Part shown: positions 56,666 through 64,000 of the stretch, one piece after another
How the letters are laid out: each line of letters begins with the position of its first letter
Numbering within the stretch: position 1 is the stretch's first letter
From: Rhodothermales bacterium
GTDB lineage: Bacteria; Bacteroidota; Rhodothermia; Rhodothermales; Bin80
Assembly (NCBI GenBank): GCA_965216255.1
Contig: OZ244148.1
Location: 4,692,359-4,756,358 of the forward strand
Length of the DNA stretch: 64,000 bases
Direction: 5' to 3'
Position numbers and translations under genes: made by a program
The notes under the pieces: model-generated
The model's database searches: none
What the model was told of the DNA's origin: nothing
What the model saw: the letters and a program-made list of their open reading frames with translations, nothing else

Positions 56666-57520
56666 ATGTGTGCTCTCTTAAAAAAGGCCAACGACAAATT
56701 GAGCGACATGTTCAGCCGGGGCTGGATATCCGCCCTCAAAAAGAGCGGCATTCGCGTAAGCGGAAGGCCTGCAGTTGTCTCTGTTCGACGAACAAGGCCT
56801 GGCAGAGATCACCACCGCCGTCTACCGGCGCGAGCGGATCGACCTGTGCCGCAACGGGCCAGGGAATCGGCGTCTTGGTGCCAAAGACGGCTGGCACAGA
56901 CCGAGAAGGCGCTGGAGAAGATCGCCCTGGCCACCCGGCGCAAAGGCCATCCCCTGCGCAGCATGAAGGCGATCAGTTTCCGTGTAGGGAAGGTGATCGG
57001 CAGCTGGAAGATGGAAAAGCGTTTTGATCTGAGCATTAAGGAAGGCTTCTTCCGCTACAAACGCGACGCGGCCTCCATAGCCCGCGAAGCGTCCCTGGAC
57101 GGCATATATGCCATCCGCACCAGCCTCAAGGAGCCGGCTGCGGAAGAGGTGGTGCGCAACTACAAGCGGCTCAGCGCTGTAGAGCAGGCCTTTCGGAGCC
57201 TCAAGACCGTGGATCTCAAAGTAGGGCCCATCCACCACAACAGGGCCCCGAGAGTCATCTGCCACGTCTGCATGTGCATGCTGGCTTACTTCGTGGAATG
57301 GCACATGAAGCAGCGCCTGGCTCCGATACTTTTAGCTGAAGATGACCCGGAAGGCAAGAGGGCTGCCCGTTGTAGCATGCGGCAGGGCGTTGGCCCTCGG
57401 CTGAGCAGAAAGCCCGCGCGGACACAAGGCATTGAGCTTTGCCGCTCTCATGGCGCATCTGGGCACGCTATGAGGGCTCAGGTAGAGCCCCTGATCGGCA
57501 AGAAGCGCGTCTCCTTAACT
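56666..57520 (+). mobile_element. IS1634-like element remnant (3' half), itself interrupted at 57520
   Basis: ..LDGIYAIRTSL..YKRLSAVEQAFRSLKTVDLKVGPIHH..CMLAYFVEWHMKQRLAPILLAEDD... The remaining about 110 nt (..EARAFELLRVKV..) resume at 59313-59425. Confidence 0.65.
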
Positions 57521-59307
57521 AGTGCTTGTACGAAAATACTTTAAATCTTCAATAAACAATCAGTTATATCTTGCAATTGGCGGTGAATCTGAGGGACGTA
57601 TAGCCGATTTGGGCGTTTAAGAGCGCAAAACAGCTCACATTCGCCAGGGAAACCATGCGCAAGATTGTCCCAGAGTGCCGTGCACTCGACAGTACGCCGA
57701 TTGGGGAGATTGCTATAGACCCGAGAATGCGCGACGACATGAGTGCGGTGCTCAAGGGTCTGCAGTGCGTCTACTGCACGGCGGAATCCCGTGCGGCCTT
57801 GTTCGCGATTCTGGAGGCGCACTTTCAGCCGGGTAAACGTAAAGATGTCGGACGACCGGGCATGGATCTATGGCGCGTCATCGTGTTTGCGATAGTCAAG
57901 CAGTGCCTGGATCTGGACTACGATGCTTTGTTGTACCGGGCCAACAACGATCTCTTGCTGCGGGAGCTCTTGGGGCACGGAGATGCCGGGTTTGACGAGG
58001 TGAAGTACAGCAGACAGCGGCTGGTGGACAACGTGCAGCTTTTGACGCCGAAGCTGGTCCGGAAGGTGGCCCAATTGATAGTGCGGACGGGGCACAAGGT
58101 GGCTGGAAAAGAGTCTGGGACCGCGCTAGCCGGTCGCTGCGATTCCAGGGTGGTTAAGACGCATGTGCACTATCCCACCGATGTGGGTCTGTGCTGGGAT
58201 GCACTTCGTGGTTTAATACGTGTGAGTGCACGCTCGGCTGCGGCATTCGCTCTTCCGGGCTGGCGCAAGCATGCGGATCGCACGCGGAAGATATACCAGG
58301 CCTTCATCCGGGTGCGGACGGCCCCGCGCTACCGGCAGAATCCGAAAGGAGTGAAGGCGTACTTGCGCCAGTGCACACAGACTGCAGCACGTGCCCGTAC
58401 GCTGTTAAATGCCTTGGCCACAGTGGAGAAATCGGAGGCGGCGCGAGCGGATATCGCGTATTACTTGCGCTATGTGGACTTGTTGGTGGATCAAGTAAGG
58501 CGTCGCATCCTCTTGGGCGAGATGATTCCACATGCGCAGAAAGTGTTTTCCATCCACAAGCCACATACGCGTTGGATCAGCAAAGGCAAGGCGGGCGTGC
58601 TGGCCGAGTTGGGCCTTCCGGTCGCACTGGTAGAAGATGAGCACCGGTTCATTTTGGCTTATCACATCCTGTGGGACACATCAGATGTTGAGGTGGCGGT
58701 ACCGATCATTGATGCGGTGCAGGCGGCTTTTCCAGAGTTCAATGCGTGCAGTTTTGACCGGGGCTTTCACAGCTTGAAGAATCGAAAAGCATTGGATGCT
58801 CGGCTGGCGCTCAATGCGCTTCCGAAGAAGGGCAAGCTTTCTCTGGCGGAGCGTGCGCGGGAGCGCGCGCCTGCGTTCAAGGCAGCGCGGCGGCAGCACC
58901 CGGCCGTCGAGTCGTGTCTGGCTAATTTCGGACTTCGGGGCGGTGCGCTGGTGCGGGAGAAGAGTCCGGAGAACTTCGCGCTGATGGTGAGCCTGTCGGT
59001 GTTGGCAGTCAACGTGCACCGGCTGGGTTGCCTGGTGCGCGCCCAGGAACGGGCACGAATAAAGCGTCGGCGAAAACGCGCGGCGTAGGCCCGCTACCAC
59101 CTCGCAGAAAGGTCCCAATCGCAGGCCCCAAGGGACACGTATGCCCTCCCGATAGGAACACAACGCCCTTCGAGCCGCAAACTGTCCGTGCGCGCACGCA
59201 AGAGACGCCAGCATGGCCGAAACACTCGAAGCGCACCGTCAACGAACTCAAAAAACGACCGTGCCTGTGCATTCGAGGCCGAAAAAAGAGAGTATTCGGT
59301 CAATCAC
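57521..59307 (+). mobile_element. IS5/ISNCY-like insertion sequence, intact, nested in the IS1634-like remnant
   Basis: Flanked by a direct repeat TAACT (57516-57520 and 59308-59312). Removing 57521-59312 restores the sequence seen uninterrupted in the 6195-6660 remnant (gtctcctt.ac.atgcttgg). Imperfect terminal inverted repeats: AGTGCTTGTACGAAAATACT / AGTATTCGGTCAATCAC. Confidence 0.8.
57655..59088 (+). CDS. DDE transposase (IS5/ISNCY-like)
   Basis: A 477-aa uninterrupted ORF: ..GRPGMDLWRVIVFAIVKQ.., ..RCDSRVVKTHVHYPTDVGL.., ..SFDRGFHS.., ..LAVNVHRLG... Confidence 0.8.
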   Translation: MRKIVPECRALDSTPIGEIAIDPRMRDDMSAVLKGLQCVYCTAESRAALFAILEAHFQPGKRKDVGRPGMDLWRVIVFAIVKQCLDLDYDALLYRANNDLLLRELLGHGDAGFDEVKYSRQRLVDNVQLLTPKLVRKVAQLIVRTGHKVAGKESGTALAGRCDSRVVKTHVHYPTDVGLCWDALRGLIRVSARSAAAFALPGWRKHADRTRKIYQAFIRVRTAPRYRQNPKGVKAYLRQCTQTAARARTLLNALATVEKSEAARADIAYYLRYVDLLVDQVRRRILLGEMIPHAQKVFSIHKPHTRWISKGKAGVLAELGLPVALVEDEHRFILAYHILWDTSDVEVAVPIIDAVQAAFPEFNACSFDRGFHSLKNRKALDARLALNALPKKGKLSLAERARERAPAFKAARRQHPAVESCLANFGLRGGALVREKSPENFALMVSLSVLAVNVHRLGCLVRAQERARIKRRRKRAA

Positions 59308-59312
59308 TAACT

Positions 59313-59425
59313 ATGCTTGGATTGACCTTGAGGCCCGCGCCTTTGAGCTGCTGAGAGTGAAGGTCCTCAAGCGAGCGCACCCAGCAAAGCAACTCCCTCT
59401 GTGGGTAAGATTTTCTTTAACATGA
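59313..59425 (+). mobile_element. Terminal piece of the IS1634-like remnant displaced by the nested IS
   Basis: It aligns with the 6280-6330 region of the other remnant (..ARAFELLRVKV.. versus ..ARVFELLRVKI..). Confidence 0.6.
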
Positions 59426-60075
59426 GGCGATCGATGGCCCCATGTAGTTAGGCTAATCGCCAAGTATTCCTCATTAATATTAGTAGCACTCCATAAGTAC
59501 CTTAATTAGACGATACCAGCGAAAGGGGAATTTCAGGTTAGTAATTTGTTGCAGGAACTAATGAGAACAAAAGTAAGGGGTTATACCCTGCACTACATGC
59601 ACCTTGTTGGGCACCTGGGTAGAAGAAGCAGAACGCTTGAGCGCAGAATAGCGCCCCACGCAATACCTTGATAATCAGATACCTGCGAACGATCTGTGAA
59701 GCGGCTGGCAGTTCATCGGAGCGCAACTGAAGATTCTCGTGAACAGGGTGGGGTTGAATTCTAGGAACCGAGAATACATTATAAAGTACAGTGTTCTTAT
59801 TGTATCTTGTAAATCAACTGGACAGACGAAATACCCTGAATTCACCTATGAACAAGAAAGCAAGAAACAACCGACTGGGCGAAGCGGGTAGCGGCGAATC
59901 CGCGCTATGGCGGCAAGACACCGGATGACATGGCGCGGGCGCCTCCGGCCATTAAACCCGGAGGCCGAGTGGAAGACCAAGGACTGGCAGGGGTGCAAAT
60001 AGATGCAGCCGTCAATGTGCTTTTACTTCTATGCGGGAAGGTTTCAACTTTTCTATCTAAGTCCCAGAGGTTGGA

Positions 60076-63000
60076 ATGTGTCGTGAGTTATCAGTGCCGT
60101 GTTGGCAGGCATGGCGACTATGGCAAGGCGTAGTCATCACGGCCGTGCTTCTGAGTGGTTTGGGCGCGTGGCAGGACGATGCGCTGGTGCTGACAGTGAC
60201 GGGTGAGAGCGCGCAGGAGGCGAACGGCCCGCTGACGTTCACGCTCACTCTGGATGCTCCGAGCACGAGTGACATAGAGCTGACGTATGCTACGGCGGAC
60301 GTCACGGCGACGGCGGGGGTGGACTATGAGGGGGAGGCAGCGGGCAGTTTCACCATAAAGGCGGGCACGAGGGATACGACTATAGCCGTGCAGATGAAGC
60401 ACGATGGTCGTGACGAGCCGGACGAGACGTTCAAGCTGACTGTGGCGGCGGTAAATGCCGGTGATATAGGGTCGGGTTCGGTTTTGAGCGCAGTGGGCAA
60501 GATTCTGGACAATGACGCAGCGCCGGTGCTGAGGGTGACGGGTCAGAGCAAGGAGGAAGGGAATGGCCCGCTGACGTTCACGCTCACGCTGGATGCTGTG
60601 AGCGGGCGTGACATAGAGCTGACGTATGCTACGGCGGATGTCACGGCGACGGCGGGGGCGGACTATGTGGAAGTGCCAGCGGGCAGTTTCACGATAAAGG
60701 CGGGCACGAGGGATACGACTATAGCCGTGCAGATGAAGCACGACGGTCGTGACGAGGAGGACGAGACGTTTGAGCTGACTGTGACGGCGGTAATTGCCAG
60801 TGATATACGGTCGGGTTCGGTCTTGAGCGCAGTGGGCACGATTCGGGACAATGACGCAGCGCCGGTGCTGAGGGTGACGGGTCAGAGCAAGGCGGAGGCG
60901 AACGGCCCGCTAACGTTTAAGCTGACGCTGGATGCTGTGAGCGGGCGTGACATAGAGCTGACGTATGCTACGGCGGATGTCACGGCGACGGCGGGGGCGG
61001 ACTATGCGGGAGTGGCAGTGGGCAGGCTCACGATAGAGGCGGGCGCGAGCGATAGGACGGTAACAGTGCAGATGAAGCACGACGCACTAGATGAGGAGGA
61101 CGAGACGTTCGAGCTGAGGGTGGCGGCGGTAAATGCCGGTGAGATAGGGTCGGGTTCGGTCTTGAGCGCAGTGGGCACGATTCGGGACAATGACGCAGCG
61201 CCGGTGCTGAGGGTGACGGGTCAGAGCAAGGCGGAGGCGAACGGCCCGCTGACGTTTAAGCTGACGCTGGATGCTGTGAGCGGGCGTGATATAGAGCTGA
61301 CGTATGCCACGGTGGACGTCACGGCAACGGCGGGGGCGGACTATGCGGGAGCGGCAGCGGGCACTTTCACGATAGAGGAGGGCACGCGGGAAACGACGCT
61401 GGCGGTGCAGATGAAGCACGACGCAATAGATGAGGAGGACGAGACGTTCAAGCTGACTATGGCGGCGGTGGATGCCAGTGAGATAGGGTCGGGTTCGGTC
61501 TTGACGGCAGTGGGCACGATTCGGGACAATGACGCAGCGCCGCTGCTGAGGGTGACGGGTAAGAGCGAGGAGGAGACGAATGGCCCGCTGACGTTCACGC
61601 TGACGCTGGATGCTGTGAGCGGGCGTGACATAGAGCTGACATATGCTACGGCGGATATCACAGCGATGGCGGGACTGGACTATGTGGGAGTGGCAGCGGG
61701 CAGTTTCACGATAGAGGCGGGCACGAGGGAAACGACGCTGGCGGTGCAGATGAAGGCCGACGATCTTGTCGAGGAGGACGAGACGTTCGAGCTGACTATG
61801 ACGGCGGTGGATGCCGAGAAGATAGGGGCGCGTTCGGTCCTGACGGCAGTGGGCACGATTCGGGACAGGCCCACCGTTACCTTGAGTGTGACGCCGGGCG
61901 CTATGGCCGAAGGAGACCTAGTGGCAGATTTACTTGTAACGGCTACTCTTTCTGCCGCCCGGACTGTTCCTACGATCATTACGCTGTCGTTTGGTGGCAC
62001 TGCAACCTTTGGATCGGATTATGAAGTGGTGCCGGCATCCCCCGAGATAACGGTTGCGTTAGCCGCTACATCCAAGGAGGTCGCTATTGCCTTGACTGTG
62101 GTCGACGATACCTTTTATGAGAATATCGGGAGTGACGCCTTCGAAATCATTGTAGTGCAAGGCAGTAATGCAGACGGGCTGCAGGTTGAATCGGCAGAGC
62201 TCAAGCTGAATGACAACGACACTGTATTCCCTAGCATTGAACTGACTGTTGAGCCGAGTTATTTGGCTCTGGACGAGGGCGAGAGCGGCACGCTCTCCTT
62301 TAGTCTGGTGTTGCAGGGAGAGAACCCGAACAGGTTCGAGATAGATACCGAATTCACGGGCAGCGTTGTACAAATTGGAGAACTGGAACACGGGGAGGAC
62401 TACACGACAGACCCGGAGGACTGGCTTCCCATGATCCTTCCGGCCGGTGCCATTTCGTTTGCCAAGGACGTAACCTTCCACGTTATTGACGATGAAATCA
62501 GGGAAACGCAGTACGAATCGCTGACCTTGCTGCATATGGAGCTGGTTGCCAATGATGTGCGTATTCCCGTGAGCAGGGCGGGACACAATACGACCATTTT
62601 ATCCGTGAGTCCAAGCGACGAGAAACATATTCAAATAGAATTTGAACCCACAGAGGCAATCTACGAGAACGCAGGGCCGACCGACATAGAGCTGTTTGTT
62701 GTCCCAGATGTTGGAAAAGACCCTCCTGATGAAGATCTCAGGATACTTTTCTCGGTAGACGAACGCTCTAGCGGGGCACACAGCCCAGAAGATTATTCGA
62801 TTGTTCCTGAGGTTATTCCTCGAGTCGATTGGACTCAGGGAGAATCCGAGTCCGACCGTGTCACAATAACGGTAACGCCCGTAGCGGATGATGACCATGA
62901 CGAGGAGTATATTGAGCGTATACAAATTAAAGGCGTATTCACGAAAGGTTCGGGGTATGAGATTAGGAGCGCAGCCCTGAGAATTATCAATGTTGCGCCG

Positions 63001-64000
63001 CCGGATCTAAGAGGGGTCGGTATTGAAAGCCCCCCCAACCATGCGATAATCTATTTCCTTGGGGAAGAGTTAACGGCGAGAATTAACTTTTCGCAACCGG
63101 TTGGATTGCGCGGCCAGGGCATGACCTTTACTGTCGATCTTGATAGTGGCCCTGTTGTCGCCAATTGTTTGCCAAACGCTAATTCCAGCGTTAGAATAAC
63201 GTGCACTTATACCATACAGGCAGGAGACTCGGATATCGATGGTGTGGAAATAAAAGCAGGCGCCATCAAGCTAGGTGACGCCAGTATAGTCGATAAGGAA
63301 GGCAGTTCTGTTACGATTGATTTTACGATTCCTGACACGTTTTTGAAGCGGTATGATCAGCAGGTTCAGGGTACGAGCTTTGTGTATGAGCTAGTGCCGT
63401 CGGTGGAGAGCTTCCAGGAAGGCCAGAAGGCTAGAGAGGTTGTTGTCACAGCTACGGAGAAGTTGGGCAAGGTTAGTGAATTCAATGCCACAATAGAGCT
63501 TTTCTTCAGGAATGAGAAGACCAGCAAACAGGATTATGTGGTGACGGGGGAGCGGACCATCAACATTGTGGCCGGAGAAACCACCGGCAGCACGACGCTT
63601 GAGATCACGCCGACGTTCGACGGAATTAAGGAAGCCGACGAGGAGGTCTTCTACCTGGACGGGGACGCGGGTCACCAGGCTGTAGAGCCCTATGAGATGA
63701 AGATACTGGATGCGCCGGACATCTCTCTGGCGGTGAGTCCTGAGTCCATCCAGGAAGATGGTGGTGCCGAAACGGTGACGATAACGGCGAGCCTTCCACG
63801 GATTGCCCTCGCGTATGATGAGGCCATTGTGGTGGAGCTGCTGCAGGCGGGCACGGCAACGAAAGGAAGCGATTTCACCATCGGGTCTTTGCCAGATGTG
63901 ACCATTTCGGCGGGCGAGACTTCGGGATCCGGCAGTGTTGTGGTAACACCGATCAATGATGATCTGGTGGAGGGGGATGAGACGATTTCTTTCAATGGCG
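60076..64000 (+). CDS. Very large secreted Calx-beta-repeat protein, 5' 3.9 kb only (continues past the window); not in the supplied ORF track
   Basis: My own translation in frame 1 found a stop at 60058-60060 and the first ATG at 60076 (MCRELSVPCWQAWRLWQGVVITAVLLSGLGAWQ, signal-like). No stop follows up to 64000. There are five about 113-aa units of type ..VTGxSxxEANGPLTFxLTLDAxSxxDIELTYATADVTATAGxDY..GSFTIxAGTRDTTIAVQMKHDxxDExDETFxLTV.., which is the Calx-beta signature. More divergent modules of the same kind follow. Confidence 0.85.
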   Translation, partial: MCRELSVPCWQAWRLWQGVVITAVLLSGLGAWQDDALVLTVTGESAQEANGPLTFTLTLDAPSTSDIELTYATADVTATAGVDYEGEAAGSFTIKAGTRDTTIAVQMKHDGRDEPDETFKLTVAAVNAGDIGSGSVLSAVGKILDNDAAPVLRVTGQSKEEGNGPLTFTLTLDAVSGRDIELTYATADVTATAGADYVEVPAGSFTIKAGTRDTTIAVQMKHDGRDEEDETFELTVTAVIASDIRSGSVLSAVGTIRDNDAAPVLRVTGQSKAEANGPLTFKLTLDAVSGRDIELTYATADVTATAGADYAGVAVGRLTIEAGASDRTVTVQMKHDALDEEDETFELRVAAVNAGEIGSGSVLSAVGTIRDNDAAPVLRVTGQSKAEANGPLTFKLTLDAVSGRDIELTYATVDVTATAGADYAGAAAGTFTIEEGTRETTLAVQMKHDAIDEEDETFKLTMAAVDASEIGSGSVLTAVGTIRDNDAAPLLRVTGKSEEETNGPLTFTLTLDAVSGRDIELTYATADITAMAGLDYVGVAAGSFTIEAGTRETTLAVQMKADDLVEEDETFELTMTAVDAEKIGARSVLTAVGTIRDRPTVTLSVTPGAMAEGDLVADLLVTATLSAARTVPTIITLSFGGTATFGSDYEVVPASPEITVALAATSKEVAIALTVVDDTFYENIGSDAFEIIVVQGSNADGLQVESAELKLNDNDTVFPSIELTVEPSYLALDEGESGTLSFSLVLQGENPNRFEIDTEFTGSVVQIGELEHGEDYTTDPEDWLPMILPAGAISFAKDVTFHVIDDEIRETQYESLTLLHMELVANDVRIPVSRAGHNTTILSVSPSDEKHIQIEFEPTEAIYENAGPTDIELFVVPDVGKDPPDEDLRILFSVDERSSGAHSPEDYSIVPEVIPRVDWTQGESESDRVTITVTPVADDDHDEEYIERIQIKGVFTKGSGYEIRSAALRIINVAPPDLRGVGIESPPNHAIIYFLGEELTARINFSQPVGLRGQGMTFTVDLDSGPVVANCLPNANSSVRITCTYTIQAGDSDIDGVEIKAGAIKLGDASIVDKEGSSVTIDFTIPDTFLKRYDQQVQGTSFVYELVPSVESFQEGQKAREVVVTATEKLGKVSEFNATIELFFRNEKTSKQDYVVTGERTINIVAGETTGSTTLEITPTFDGIKEADEEVFYLDGDAGHQAVEPYEMKILDAPDISLAVSPESIQEDGGAETVTITASLPRIALAYDEAIVVELLQAGTATKGSDFTIGSLPDVTISAGETSGSGSVVVTPINDDLVEGDETISFNG
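60181..61875 (+). repeat. Five tandem 339-bp coding repeats (unit starts 60181, 60520, 60859, 61198, 61537)
   Basis: The period was measured from the recurring gcgccggtgctgagggtgacgggt at 60520, 60859 and 61198, and gcgccgctgctgagggtgacgggt at 61537. The first about 90 nt of units 3 and 4 differ at a single position. Confidence 0.9.

Noticed and set aside
60181-61875. A regular repeat array that might be mistaken for a CRISPR or satellite.
   Set aside because: The period is 339 bp with no short repeat/spacer alternation, and the array is in frame within a long ORF. These are protein-domain repeats.
60057-62000. A series of minus-strand ORFs (62-207 aa) with repeating sequences, such as MSRI(L/V)PTALKTEPD.., every about 339 nt.
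   Set aside because: They are the antisense image of the tandem Calx-beta coding repeats. The + strand frame is open for over 3.9 kb and carries a recognisable domain signature.

Overview
This is a 64-kb, high-GC window. It looks like a Bacteroidota/Rhodothermota-type chromosome: it has T9SS C-terminal sorting domains, a TonB-receptor + DUF4249 pair, and a PUR-like DUF3276 gene. It is a mosaic of six parts. (i) A defence island at 1-10.8 kb, all on the + strand. It holds an SF2 helicase (5'-truncated by the window), a GHKL/MORC-like ATPase split by an IS1634-family element, and a single-HKD PLD nuclease. These are followed by a PHP-domain ABC/SMC-like ATPase translationally coupled to an AlbA_2 (Schlafen-core) protein. 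(ii) Two paralogous T9SS-secreted S8 subtilases separated by an IS graveyard. (iii) An ~18-kb block bounded by inverted IS256-family copies. It carries a type I R-M operon (hsdM-HEPN-MNT-hsdS-hsdR, with an in-frame amber codon in hsdR), plasmid-type ParA/RHH partition genes, a primase Zn-ribbon remnant, exonuclease I and a DinG-family helicase. (iv) An AT-richer islet with a stand-alone trypsin-like protease. (v) An ordinary housekeeping block (TonB-dependent receptor, DUF4249, recX, purine nucleoside phosphorylase, DUF3276, hisD). (vi) The first 3.9 kb of a giant Calx-beta-repeat surface protein. This gene is absent from the supplied ORF track because it runs off the window. By my own coordinate tally, about 16 kb (a quarter of the window) is IS-derived (IS1634, IS66, IS256, IS110, IS3, IS5/ISNCY-like), and most of it is decayed. 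I recognised no rRNA, tRNA or CRISPR array by eye. The best candidates for an undescribed system are the PHP-ATPase + AlbA_2 gene pair and the helicase-GHKL-PLD module. All functional calls rest on motifs read from the translations; no database search was possible.
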